Below, one piece after another: positions 45,662 through 55,891 of a stretch of DNA of 64,000 bases. The notes under the pieces were generated by a model that was given only the letters and a program-made list of their open reading frames with translations, made no database searches and was not told where the DNA came from. Position 1 is the first letter of the stretch, and every line of letters starts with the position of its first letter. A program made the position numbers and the translations under genes. The DNA lies in the NCBI GenBank assembly GCA_900315885.1, contig ONAT01000002.1, positions 28,776-92,775 on the forward strand, given 5' to 3'. This stretch comes from an uncultured Erysipelotrichaceae bacterium (GTDB taxonomy: Bacteria > Bacillota_I > Bacilli_A > RFN20 > CAG-826).

Positions 45662-47857
45662 TTAAATGTTTAAAGCATCAATATCTATTTTAATACTAAC
45701 GCTACTATTTTTCGATAAAATATTCAAAATATTTTGCATAATTGTGCGGAACAAGTCTTGCTTTTTGTATTTAAAAATACAAACTTCTTTAAATCCTGTG
45801 GCATCTTTTGAAACATAAGGCTTACTTGGTCCGATAGCTGTAATCTCACCTTGACTTTGTCTAATTACTAAATCAATCGTTCTTAAAGCCACATCATGAG
45901 CGACTTCTTCACTTTTTGAAACAATTGTTAGTGTTGAAGCAAAGGTATATGGTGGATTTTGTTGTAATTTTCTAATGCGCATCTCTTCATTAAAGAAAGC
46001 TTTATAATCTTGCCTTGCTCCATAAATAATTGAGTAATGGTTTGGCATATATGTTTGAATAATTGCCATTCCCTTTTTCTCACCTCTACCTGCTCTACCT
46101 ATTGCTTGCGTTATTAGTTGAAATGTTCTTTCACTTGAACGCATTGAAGGCAATGACAAGCCTAAATCTGCTAAAACAAGTCCTACTAATGTAACATTTG
46201 GAAAATCATGACCTTTAGCAATCATTTGCGTACCAATTAATACATTAGCTTCATTTTTAGAAAATTTTTCTAAGATGGACGAAATATTATTTTTAACTCT
46301 ACCTACATCAGAATCAAGTCTTAAAACTATAGCGTTTTCAAAACTCTTTTTAACAAGTTCTTCCACTCTTTCACTGCCAAAGCCAATTTTAGCTAAATAT
46401 GGTGAACCGCACTTCGGGCATCTTGTTGGAACAGGTTCAACATAACCACAGTTATGACATTTCATTAAATTGTCTTCGTGATGATAAACTAGAGGTATAT
46501 CACAATCTTTGCAGCGCATAATATGTCCGCATTCTCGACACAACATACTTGTCGAATATCCTCTTCTATTTAAGAGTAAGACCACTTGTTCATTACGATT
46601 TAATGTTTCTTCAATTTTGGATTTTAAATCTTTTGAAAACATTGAATTCTTATCAAGATTACGATAATCTTGCATATTAACAATTTTAGTTAATGGTAAC
46701 TCTTTTTTGTTAATTCTGATTTTTAATTCTAAATGCTCATACACACCTTTTAACGCACGAGCTTCAGATTCTAAAGATGGAGTCGCACTTCCAAGAAGCA
46801 CTTTACAATCCTCAAAATGGTTAGCACGCATTATTGCTACTTCTCTAGCATGATAACAAGGTGTGTTATCTTGTTTATAAGATTCAACATGCTCCTCATC
46901 AAGAATAATAATGCCAAGATTTTTTAAAGGTGCAAAGATGGCACTGCGCGTACCAATAACCACGCGAGCTTCTCCTTTTACAATACGGCGATATTCATCA
47001 TATTTCTCACCACTTGTAAGTTCGCTATGTAATATTGCAACTTGTCCTTTAAACAAATTATAAAATCTTTGCATCATTAAAGGTGTTAAATTAATTTCTG
47101 GAACAAGTATAAGAGCGTCTTTACCTTTAGTTAAAACATCTTTTACTAATGATATGTAGACTTCCGTTTTTCCGCTTCCTGTCACACCTTCAAGCAAAGC
47201 CACTTTTTTAGTGGATGAAATAAATTTATCTTTAACTTCTTTTTGCTCTTTAGTTAGTTCATATTCCACAAATTCTTTTGTTGTTTCATGAGAAAAACGA
47301 GATTTTTCAACTTTATATTCTTCAACTCGTCCATATTCAATAAGCTTATTTAAAATTGAAAGAGACTTAATATCACTTTTTTTAACATTCTTATTATTTT
47401 TAATTAAGCGCAACAACTCCAATTGCTTTGCTGTTAATTCATCTTCAGAATAATCTTTGATTCGCACATATTTTTCATAAGCGATTTTAGCATGTTTTAA
47501 CGATGCTGAAGTCGGTTTTAAACTTGGTGGCAACATTGCTTGATATACGCTTATTAAAGGCGCCATATAATATTTAGAAACTTCGTTTGCTAAAGTACGT
47601 AATTCTTCATTTAATAATGGAGCGTCATCTAAAAGTTTATTTGCAAAAGAAATCTTATAACCTATTTCTTTTTCATATTCCTCTTTACTCTTATTTGTTT
47701 CATTAATTTCAGTGATATAGCCCACTAATAAAGAGCCATGAAAAGGAACTTGAATTCTTTCACCAATTTGCGGGTTTTCTTTTCCTTCATAGGCATAAGA
47801 AAAAGGACGATTTAAGGCGTAAATAGCATGTTCTATTAAGACATTTAAGACAATCAC
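45662..47857 (-). CDS. priA: Primosomal protein N' (replication restart helicase).
   Basis: Walker A LLEGVTGSGKTEVY, DEEH box; Cys-rich zinc region CRECGHIMRCKDCDIPLVYHHEDNLMKCHNCGYVEPVPTRCPKCGS; 731 aa. Confidence 0.9.
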   Translation of the reverse strand: MIVLNVLIEHAIYALNRPFSYAYEGKENPQIGERIQVPFHGSLLVGYITEINETNKSKEEYEKEIGYKISFANKLLDDAPLLNEELRTLANEVSKYYMAPLISVYQAMLPPSLKPTSASLKHAKIAYEKYVRIKDYSEDELTAKQLELLRLIKNNKNVKKSDIKSLSILNKLIEYGRVEEYKVEKSRFSHETTKEFVEYELTKEQKEVKDKFISSTKKVALLEGVTGSGKTEVYISLVKDVLTKGKDALILVPEINLTPLMMQRFYNLFKGQVAILHSELTSGEKYDEYRRIVKGEARVVIGTRSAIFAPLKNLGIIILDEEHVESYKQDNTPCYHAREVAIMRANHFEDCKVLLGSATPSLESEARALKGVYEHLELKIRINKKELPLTKIVNMQDYRNLDKNSMFSKDLKSKIEETLNRNEQVVLLLNRRGYSTSMLCRECGHIMRCKDCDIPLVYHHEDNLMKCHNCGYVEPVPTRCPKCGSPYLAKIGFGSERVEELVKKSFENAIVLRLDSDVGRVKNNISSILEKFSKNEANVLIGTQMIAKGHDFPNVTLVGLVLADLGLSLPSMRSSERTFQLITQAIGRAGRGEKKGMAIIQTYMPNHYSIIYGARQDYKAFFNEEMRIRKLQQNPPYTFASTLTIVSKSEEVAHDVALRTIDLVIRQSQGEITAIGPSKPYVSKDATGFKEVCIFKYKKQDLFRTIMQNILNILSKNSSVSIKIDIDALNI

Positions 47858-47879
47858 GCTATCACTCCTTTACTCATCC

Positions 47880-48455
47880 TTATAAACGATTAATACTGCG
47901 ACGAATAATTGATTTTATGGCACTTGCGGCTCTATTAACCGTATCATTTACCACGACATAGTCGTATTTATTTTGTTCTGACATTTCTCTTTTAGCTTTT
48001 TCTAATCGAGCTTGAATAATATCCTCTGTTTCGCTGCGGCGATGACGAATTCTGCTTTCTAATTCTTCAATTGAAGGTGGTAATAAGAAAATCGTTACAC
48101 GATCTTTTTTATCAATTTTAGTTAATACTTGCTTTGCACCATTAACTTCAATCTCAAGAATAACATTCTTTCCTTCATTACGTAATTTTTCAACATAATC
48201 AGATGGTGTACCATATTTATTACCAACAAATTCCGCGTGCTCTAGAAGATTTCCATTTGCAACATTTTCTTCAAATACTTCATTTGAAACGAAAAAGTAG
48301 TCAACACCATCTTTTTCTTTTGCTCTTGGTTCTCTTGTAGTCATTGATATTGAATAAGCCAAATTTAAAGACTTGTCACGCATAACAATTTTTCTAACAG
48401 TTCCCTTACCAACGCCGCTTGGACCTGATAGAATAATTAATAATCCTTTTTTCAT
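47880..48455 (-). CDS. gmk: Guanylate kinase.
   Basis: LLIILSGPSGVGKGTV, REPRAKEKDGVDYFFVS; 191 aa. Confidence 0.9.
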   Translation of the reverse strand: MKKGLLIILSGPSGVGKGTVRKIVMRDKSLNLAYSISMTTREPRAKEKDGVDYFFVSNEVFEENVANGNLLEHAEFVGNKYGTPSDYVEKLRNEGKNVILEIEVNGAKQVLTKIDKKDRVTIFLLPPSIEELESRIRHRRSETEDIIQARLEKAKREMSEQNKYDYVVVNDTVNRAASAIKSIIRRSINRL

Positions 48456-48551
48456 TTTTTAATACCCCATCTTTTTGTTCTCGTTTATTATAATAAACGG
48501 GTATTTGAAAGTCAATAAGACTTACAATTTATATATAAATTTGCTATTATT

Positions 48552-50060
48552 ATGGCGGTGATGTTTATGGCTCTTTCAAATAAATTCATTGAAATATTAG
48601 TAAATCAAATCAAAAACGACTTAATTGATGTTCATATAAACAAAATTACTATGCTTAACGATAGTGATTTTTTAATCTCAAAATCAAAAAAATGTAGACA
48701 AAAACTATTTATTTCCTTAAATAATCGCGAACCATTTATTACGCTTTGTGAGGAAGAAAGAACTTTTTCTTCTAAGTCTAATAACTTTTTAATTTCTTTA
48801 AAAAAAGAATTGGAAGATGCAAGAATACTTGATGTTTATAAAAGTCCAAATGATCGAATCGTGGTAATTAAAATTAGTAATACTAGTGATGCATATGTTA
48901 AATATTACCGAACATTATATATCGAATTAATACCTAATCAAACAAATTTAATTTTATGCAACGAAGCTGATATTATTATTTCATGTTTCAAAACCACGCC
49001 TTTAGAAAGCGAACGCTTTATTAATAAAGGTGCACAATATGTATTGCCAAATCACATTAATAATTCAAATTTATCACAATTTGAAGAACAAAAATTGTCA
49101 CAATTTCCTAGCCAAACTTACGAATCTCTTTATAATGACGAAGGTATTTATAGCGTTATTAAAACTAACACTTCTAAAGATATCACTTTAAATGATATTT
49201 ATAATAACTATCTAGATACAATGGAAAAAAATCATCGTGAAGATTTATCTTTTGAAGTAACTAACACTGTTAAACGTCATATAAAATCGTTAAACAAAAA
49301 ATTAATCAGTCTAGAAAGCGAATTAAAAAGCACTACAAAAATGGAAGATTTTAAATTATATGGCGAACTACTTCTTACTTATCAAAACACTTTTGCTTAT
49401 CCTTGTAACGAGGTAGAATTATGTGGCTATAAAATTCCTTTGGATCCATCTATTAAAATTTCCGATAACGCAAACAAATATTTTGCAAAATATCATAAAA
49501 TGAAGCGTAGTGTCGCCCATCTAAATGAGCAAATTGAAATCACAAAAGAAAAGATTCAATATTTTATGCTTCTTGACAATCAATTAAAATCTTCAAATGA
49601 TGCCGATTTAAAAGGAATCGAATTTGAATTAATTGAAAATGGCTATATCACTAAAAAGATTCTTAAAAAACAATCTCGACAAAGTCAAGGCATGTCACAG
49701 CCATATTACTATTATGTTGACAATGTAAAAATTGGATTTGGTAAAAATAATTTCCAAAACAATTATTTAACATTTACTTTAGCTAAACCTGATTTTATCT
49801 TTATGCATGTTAAAGATAGACCTGGTTCACATGTAATTATCTTTGATGCAAATCCTAGTAATCATGTTTTAGAAACCGCTGCCTCTATTGCTCTAATTAA
49901 CGCCAAATTAGATGATGGAGAAGTTCAAATGACTGCTAAAAAAAATGTTAAAAAGATTAATAGCGTTGGAATGGTCTCACTTTCGACTTATCAAAGCGTC
50001 TATATAAAACAAATAAATCCTAAACTTAGAGAACAAATTAAAACTCTTAGGAAGAACTAA
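48552..50060 (+). CDS. rqcH: NFACT-family RNA-binding protein (RqcH/FbpA/YloA-like; ribosome quality control).
   Basis: NFACT-R context DVKDRPGSHVIIF; long coiled-coil middle; position next to gmk as B. subtilis yloA. Confidence 0.65.
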   Translation: MAVMFMALSNKFIEILVNQIKNDLIDVHINKITMLNDSDFLISKSKKCRQKLFISLNNREPFITLCEEERTFSSKSNNFLISLKKELEDARILDVYKSPNDRIVVIKISNTSDAYVKYYRTLYIELIPNQTNLILCNEADIIISCFKTTPLESERFINKGAQYVLPNHINNSNLSQFEEQKLSQFPSQTYESLYNDEGIYSVIKTNTSKDITLNDIYNNYLDTMEKNHREDLSFEVTNTVKRHIKSLNKKLISLESELKSTTKMEDFKLYGELLLTYQNTFAYPCNEVELCGYKIPLDPSIKISDNANKYFAKYHKMKRSVAHLNEQIEITKEKIQYFMLLDNQLKSSNDADLKGIEFELIENGYITKKILKKQSRQSQGMSQPYYYYVDNVKIGFGKNNFQNNYLTFTLAKPDFIFMHVKDRPGSHVIIFDANPSNHVLETAASIALINAKLDDGEVQMTAKKNVKKINSVGMVSLSTYQSVYIKQINPKLREQIKTLRKN

Positions 50061-50071
50061 GAGTTTTTTTC
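50044..50071. terminator. Rho-independent terminator at the rqcH 3' end, shared with the convergent lipoprotein gene.
   Basis: CTCTTAG-gaagaa-CTAAGAG followed by T7. Confidence 0.5.
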
Positions 50072-50575
50072 AATTTTTACTGTTTCGCGTAACGTTCTAA
50101 CAAAGTCTCTTTTAACTTTTAAAGCAATGTAACCTTCTGATACAACAAAAAGACTAGGCAAATCTGATATGATAGGTTTATCTTCTGAATATGTAATTTC
50201 ATCAAAACCTAAATCATTATTATTTTCACGCATTTCTTTATCTATTTCTTTATAATCGTTAATAAAATCTTTATTATCAACATCAAAGATATATTCATTA
50301 ATGACAAAGTTATTATCGTATGCGTATTGATTTAAATCTGCTAAAGTGCCACCATAACAAGTATCGCAATAATTACCACTACTTAAAGCAAATAAGAAAA
50401 CATTATTCTCTTTTGAATTAAATAAATTATTAAATTCACTTTTATTGATGGTGTGAAATCCCCCTTGTTCGGCATATGGGATATTTATCATATTTCTTTT
50501 CCCACACGATGATATCAAAAGTATAAAAAGGATAAACAACAATTTACTTTTATTTTTCATGTTTGTTCTCCTCAA
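50057..50575 (-). CDS. Lipoprotein, hypothetical.
   Basis: Signal peptide and lipobox LLISSCGK; no family motif recognised. Confidence 0.5.
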   Translation of the reverse strand: MRRTNMKNKSKLLFILFILLISSCGKRNMINIPYAEQGGFHTINKSEFNNLFNSKENNVFLFALSSGNYCDTCYGGTLADLNQYAYDNNFVINEYIFDVDNKDFINDYKEIDKEMRENNNDLGFDEITYSEDKPIISDLPSLFVVSEGYIALKVKRDFVRTLRETVKIEKNS

Positions 50576-51080
50576 TTAAAAAATCTTTTCCTTTGATAGC
50601 TTCATAGGTAGCTAAACCATAATAATGTTGTTGTCTTAATATTTCATATACCACAATTGCTACACAATTTGATAAATTTAAACTACGGGCAGATGGCATC
50701 ATCGGAAGTCTTAAACAAAAATCTAAATTATTGCGAAGTAATTCATGAGGAATGCCCGATGATTCTTTACCAAACATAACGAAGACATTTTCTTCAACAT
50801 GCGACAAATCAACTTCATCAGGACTTTTATATCCATATCTAGTTATATAGTATATTTTTCTTTTGCCTAAATATTTAAGAAATTCTTCTAGCGAAGAATA
50901 ATAACGATAATTAAGTTCTTGAATATAATCCATACCTGCACGCTTAAGTGCTTTTTCATCTAGTGAAAAAGTTAAAGGACCGATTATATGTAAAAAAGAA
51001 TTAGTTGCAACACATGTTCGCATTATGTTACCTGTATTTTGTGGTTTTTCTGGTTGATATAAAACAACATTAATCATTTT
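50550..51080 (-). CDS. trmL: tRNA (cytidine/uridine-34 2'-O)-methyltransferase, SpoU/TrmL family.
   Basis: INVVLYQPEKPQNTGNIMRTC, MFGKESSGIP, SLNLSNCVAIVVYE. Start at the internal MKMINVV. Confidence 0.8.
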   Translation of the reverse strand, partial: KMINVVLYQPEKPQNTGNIMRTCVATNSFLHIIGPLTFSLDEKALKRAGMDYIQELNYRYYSSLEEFLKYLGKRKIYYITRYGYKSPDEVDLSHVEENVFVMFGKESSGIPHELLRNNLDFCLRLPMMPSARSLNLSNCVAIVVYEILRQQHYYGLATYEAIKGKDFLIEENKHEK

Positions 51081-51131
51081 CATCGCCTCGTATATATTGT
51101 AAAACAAATGATTTAATTAATATAGTAATTA

Positions 51132-51518
51132 TTAATTAAAAACCCAATCTATACCCATGCAATTTAAAATTTTTTTAGCTTTAGCTTTTGGTATTAAGAC
51201 ATTATCAATCTTCATGCCACAGGCATAGGCTTCAGTATGATTAAAAAATCCAGTATTTCCTTTAAATATTGGACCAACAAATCTGAATTTAATTTCAAGC
51301 GTTTCATGATTTTTTAATAGTCTTTTAAAATAATCCATATGATACGCTTCTAAATGAGTAAAAATCTCGTTTAAAACATAATTGTCACAAATATGATCTG
51401 TGGCAATATTAAAAACATAATGATTAATTAAGTATTTTTTAATTCTTTTAATCCTTAAAACAATAATTTCTCCGATAATTTCTCCGTCTAATACGTCATC
51501 AACTTTGCCCCTAGCCAT
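51132..51518 (-). CDS. Hypothetical protein (128 aa).
   Basis: ORF only; no family motif recognised. Confidence 0.35.
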   Translation of the reverse strand: MARGKVDDVLDGEIIGEIIVLRIKRIKKYLINHYVFNIATDHICDNYVLNEIFTHLEAYHMDYFKRLLKNHETLEIKFRFVGPIFKGNTGFFNHTEAYACGMKIDNVLIPKAKAKKILNCMGIDWVFN

Positions 51519-51551
51519 TGGTAACCCTCTTTCAATTAATTCTTTTTACTA

Positions 51552-52004
51552 TTATATTATAACACCTAATAAATCATTTAGCACTTGATTAATGTATATA
51601 ATATCATAATTTCCAATAGTTATATGATAAATAATGATTAAATCAAAGGGATTTGTGTAACTTAACACATATCCTGCTGATTCTAGGAGGTGATTTGCTT
51701 CTTTCAAATTCAATCTCAAAGCCAAGGCAAAACGAATTGCAACTTTTTTAGAAACTTGATGAAAATGATTTTTCTTAATGCACGAATAAATATTTCTATT
51801 TAATCCCGCTTTTTTATAAATTGTTAAGTAGTTTTGTTTTTTCTTGTTCACATAGTAAAGCAAGGTGTCGATGAAAGCACCTTTATAATTTTTAATAATG
51901 TAATCTCGTACTTCACATACTTGCTTATAATTTGGAGATGTTTTTGATACATCAGAGACACTATTTATATATTCAGTAATCTCATTTTCAATATTTCTTT
52001 CCAT
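51552..52004 (-). CDS. Hypothetical protein, possible HTH-containing regulator (about 150 aa).
   Basis: Start at the internal Met MERNIENE with RBS GGGGGATAAAG. Central helix-turn-helix-like segment KKNHFHQVSKKVAIRFALALRLNLKEANHLL (weak). Confidence 0.35.
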   Translation of the reverse strand: MERNIENEITEYINSVSDVSKTSPNYKQVCEVRDYIIKNYKGAFIDTLLYYVNKKKQNYLTIYKKAGLNRNIYSCIKKNHFHQVSKKVAIRFALALRLNLKEANHLLESAGYVLSYTNPFDLIIIYHITIGNYDIIYINQVLNDLLGVII

Positions 52005-52117
52005 GGCTTTATCCCCCATAAAACAATGTGTTTTTTTTCTTAACATTTATAATATAGAGTATGTTTCAGCCTTTTTGGTATTTTGTAAAAAGACAATGGC
52101 ACTTTTTTTTATTTTTT

Positions 52118-52549
52118 TTACAATTTACACTTAATATTGCTGTCTGCGTTATAAAAACAATGCTTCTTAAACTTACCAGCGTATGTTCCATAGAACCTTT
52201 TTCGGCATGGTTTATTGTTTCCAGGGTTTTGATAAAATAAAGCCGCGTAAGCAGGATAAGCTCTCCAATACTTTATGCAATCGAGTGCTAGACGCTTTTC
52301 AACACTTGTGGCGTTGCCATAAAATAATTTAGCGCTAACACCTGCAAACTGATTCTTTTGATATATTGCTTGAGTAATGGTGTTAATGTTCTTAAAACTT
52401 AAACATTTTGCCACTACTCTATTAATTACTACGTTACCTACTAATTTCATTCCAAAACGTCCTTCGCCAACTGCTTCCGAACGCATTAATCTTCCTAATA
52501 AATTTACTTCACTATTGCGGTATTTACATCGATTAGCCATAACTATCAC
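52118..52549 (-). CDS. Cell wall hydrolase of the SleB/CwlJ (Hydrolase_2) family.
   Basis: LLGRLMRSEAVGEGRFGMKLVGNVVINRV matches the LARxIyAEARGE core of the family. Confidence 0.6.
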   Translation of the reverse strand: MIVMANRCKYRNSEVNLLGRLMRSEAVGEGRFGMKLVGNVVINRVVAKCLSFKNINTITQAIYQKNQFAGVSAKLFYGNATSVEKRLALDCIKYWRAYPAYAALFYQNPGNNKPCRKRFYGTYAGKFKKHCFYNADSNIKCKL

Positions 52550-52773
52550 CTATATATCTTATGAAGCATCTTTAAATTGAAACACAAAAAAAACACTAAT
52601 TGCTTAGTGCTCTTCTTGGCAATAGGAATCAATAATTGGGTAATGATATTTTTGAGGGCATATCGCGACCCCTATTGCAAAATTATTATATATCATACAT
52701 TTAACTATTTCTACATATTTTTTAAAATTTTGTCGAAAAAATTAATTTTTTAGCATTTTTTCTGTCATTTTTT

Positions 52774-53484
52774 TTACTTAATGTTAATTATTTTTCTTTT
52801 TAATGCATTTAATTCTTCTTCACTAATTAGTCCCATATTGTATTTGTTGTATATCAAGTCTAATTCTCTTTGCTTAAGAATATCAATTTTTTCTTTTTCT
52901 TCTCGAGTTTTTTTATTTAACAAATTATCATTATCTAAATCAAATAAAACCTTGTTGTTCGCTACTTGCTTTTCTGATGTATTTGCCTCTTTAATATTTA
53001 TTTGTTGAATATACGATGAATCAATTGGTAATGATTCATATTTCTTATTGTAATTTGTTAATGTTTCTAAATCATTTTCAGATGCCGGAAGCATATTTTG
53101 TTTGTTTATTGCTTTTTTTAATCTTACATTGTTAATAAATATCGCAATAATGGCCTGTGGTAAAAGTGCAAGCACTATTGATGTAAAAATATCACTAGAA
53201 AAATGTGGATAAGCTAAAACACTAACGATATTTGTGTCTGACACTATTTTACTTATTAAACTAATAAACATATTTTTAGGAATTAGAATTATATAATAGA
53301 GCAAAAGTAATACGCTAACCCATATTTTACCCTTAAACAACAAATAAAACGGGCCTAAAATTAAGCATGCAAAAGAATAGCCAAGACTATATTTATGCCT
53401 TTTTTTATTTGAATCCACTAAAGCTACCTTTTGCATAACTCTTATCACCTTTCTTTTTAAGATTATAGCAAATAAAAATGTCAC
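52774..53484 (-). CDS. Membrane protein with a C-terminal SHOCT-like coiled-coil motif.
   Basis: Three or four TM helices; C-terminal GLISEEELNALKRKIINIK. Confidence 0.45.
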   Translation of the reverse strand: MTFLFAIILKRKVIRVMQKVALVDSNKKRHKYSLGYSFACLILGPFYLLFKGKIWVSVLLLLYYIILIPKNMFISLISKIVSDTNIVSVLAYPHFSSDIFTSIVLALLPQAIIAIFINNVRLKKAINKQNMLPASENDLETLTNYNKKYESLPIDSSYIQQINIKEANTSEKQVANNKVLFDLDNDNLLNKKTREEKEKIDILKQRELDLIYNKYNMGLISEEELNALKRKIINIK

Positions 53485-53509
53485 TTACAATGAAGTGACA
53501 CCTCTATAA

Positions 53510-53776
53510 TTATTTACGTAAGCCTAATTTTGCAATAAGAGCTAAGTATCTTTCTTTATCTTTTCTAGCAAGATAGTCTAAAAGATTTCTTCTCTTACCA
53601 ACAAGCATTAATAAACCACGACGGCTGTGGTGGTCTTTCTTGTGAACTCTTAAGTGATCAGTTAAAGCATTAATTTGAGCTGTTAAGATAGCGACTTGAA
53701 CTTCTGTTGAGCCAGTATCTTTTTCGTCGCGTCCGTATTCTTTAACGATGCTTTCGATTGTTTCTTTTGCTAACAT
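53510..53776 (-). CDS. rpsO: 30S ribosomal protein S15.
   Basis: [55 protein letters not shown]. Confidence 0.93.
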   Translation of the reverse strand: MLAKETIESIVKEYGRDEKDTGSTEVQVAILTAQINALTDHLRVHKKDHHSRRGLLMLVGKRRNLLDYLARKDKERYLALIAKLGLRK

Positions 53777-53909
53777 TTGTTTTTCCTCCTTCTTCTTTAT
53801 TGTCCAACTTAATCCAAGGATAACGATGAGGATTCGTTATTCGTAGAATAAGTTACGCTAGTAGTGTAATATAAACTAAGATAAAATGCAAGACAAAGTT
53901 CTATTTAGT

Positions 53910-54758
53910 TTAGAATAACCCTCTCACGCATTTATAAGTTGCATCATTTATTTTTTCATAAATTGAAAGAACATTTTTTTCTTTATCAATAAATAAGACT
54001 AAATCATCATGTCCTTCATCTAATACTATAGTTTTACCATCCATAATATTCTTTTTGGTAACATCATCAACTTGCACTGTATCCATGTAAGATAAGGCAT
54101 CCACACAATTGATTTTGTCATCTAGTCTCACAGTTTTGACTGTATGAGCGCTTTTTAAATCAAATTTTCCCACTCTCGTACGTTTTAGACTCACTAAATG
54201 ACCAACAGTATTTAGTTTTTCCGCAATTTGTTCTCCAAAAGTACGTATATATGTACCTTTAGAACAATCAACACTAAATCTAATTAAATCGCCTTCAACT
54301 TTGAGTAAACGCACATTATATATTTCAATCGTACGTAATTTTCGGTCAATTTCAATATTTGATCTTGCTAATTTATATAATGGAATCCCGTTACATTTTA
54401 CCGCTGAATACATCGGTGGTAATTGTTCTAGTTTCCCAACGAAAGAATGCAAAACTTTTGATACCATCTTTTTATTAAGTTTTGGTACTGGCTTTTCATC
54501 AATTACCTTACCATCTAAATCTAAAGTATCTGTTTTAATTCCTAATTTTAAAGTAGCAATGTAGTGTTTATCAGATTTCTCTAAAAAGGGAGCAGCTTTA
54601 GTTGCTTTGCCCGCCACAACTACTAATAACCCTGTAGCAAAAGGATCTAATGTACCAACGTGGCCCATCTTCTTAAAATGAAATTTCTTAATCATTTTAT
54701 TAACAACGTCGCGAGATGTGACACCTGCTGGCTTTGATATTAAAAATATTCCATCCAT
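53910..54758 (-). CDS. truB: tRNA pseudouridine-55 synthase.
   Basis: GIFLISKPAGVTSRDVV, KMGHVGTLDPFATGLLVV. Confidence 0.9.
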   Translation of the reverse strand: MDGIFLISKPAGVTSRDVVNKMIKKFHFKKMGHVGTLDPFATGLLVVVAGKATKAAPFLEKSDKHYIATLKLGIKTDTLDLDGKVIDEKPVPKLNKKMVSKVLHSFVGKLEQLPPMYSAVKCNGIPLYKLARSNIEIDRKLRTIEIYNVRLLKVEGDLIRFSVDCSKGTYIRTFGEQIAEKLNTVGHLVSLKRTRVGKFDLKSAHTVKTVRLDDKINCVDALSYMDTVQVDDVTKKNIMDGKTIVLDEGHDDLVLFIDKEKNVLSIYEKINDATYKCVRGLF

Positions 54759-54830
54759 ATCTTTTTACTTTTCCCCTTACGTTATATTATAATACTTACA
54801 GGACTTTTTTTAAAGGAGATTTAAGTATTA

Positions 54831-55873
54831 TGAAAGCAATTAGAAAAATTTTAGCGGCCATAAGAAAAGCAGATCACGAGTTTGGTCTTATTAAACAAGG
54901 AGATAATATTATGGTTGGTGTTTCAGGTGGAAAAGACTCTTTAGTTTTGTGCTACGCCTTAAAATTATATCAAAAGTTTCCGCACACTAATTTTAGCTTT
55001 CAACCAATGATCCTCGACTTAGGTTTTCCAAATTCTAATATAAAAAAGTTACAGGAAGATTTTAAAAAGTTTGATATGGATTTGTTGATGGTGGATTGTT
55101 CTGAAATTTATAAAATACTTACAATTCAAAAAAAAGATAAAGAAAATCTTCCTTGTTCCATTTGTTCAAGAATGAAAAAAGCGGCGATTAATAAAGCGGC
55201 GAAAGAATTAGGTTACACTAAAGTTGCTTTTGCCCATCACGCTGACGACGCCATAGAAACAATTTTTATGAATGAAATGTATGGTGGTCGCATTGCAACA
55301 TTTGCCCCTTTTATGCATCTAGAAAACGCTAATATCGATTTTGTTCGTCCTTTAATATATTGTCGTGAAAGCGACATTGAAAAATGTGCAAAAGAACTTA
55401 ATTTGCCAATTATGAAATCAACTTGTCCTAACGATAAACATACAATGCGTCAAGTAATAAAAGACTATTTGGCGCATATTTATAAAGAATATCCTTTTGC
55501 TAAAGAAAACTTCTTACGTATGCTCACTAATAATGAACATTTAGATATATGGACTAATAAAATGTTTGAATCTATTGAAGGAACAGATTTAAGTTATCAT
55601 TTAGTAACAACAAAAAACGATGCCTTACTTGCTATGAATTACTTAAATTCGCGCCAAAACAATGTAGAAGATTTATTAAAGTCAGATATATATTTGCTCT
55701 ATAAAAAATACGAAATTATTGGAGCGATGGCTATAAATAGTAATCCTGAATCAATTGCAGTTATCGCTATTAAAATTAAGAAGAATGTTAATGTTTATAA
55801 TGTGAAAAAAAAGTTTATAAACGCTCTTAATAAGAAATATTTAGAACGTTATCCTAACGCCAAAAGAAAATAG
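54831..55873 (+). CDS. PP-loop ATPase of the TtcA / tRNA-thiolation family with a ~90 aa C-terminal extension.
   Basis: PP-loop MVGVSGGKDSLVL; CSICSRMKK CxxC; RBS AAAGGAG before the internal Met MKAIRKI (track ORF starts at 54734, overlapping truB). Confidence 0.6.
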
Positions 55874-55891
55874 TCATTGCTGACTATTTTT

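Noticed and set aside
52377-53008. ORFs 52377..52580 (+) and 52781..53008 (+)
   Set aside because: Antisense to the SleB-like and SHOCT membrane protein genes.
54301-54564. ORF 54301..54564 (+) inside truB
   Set aside because: Antisense shadow ORF.
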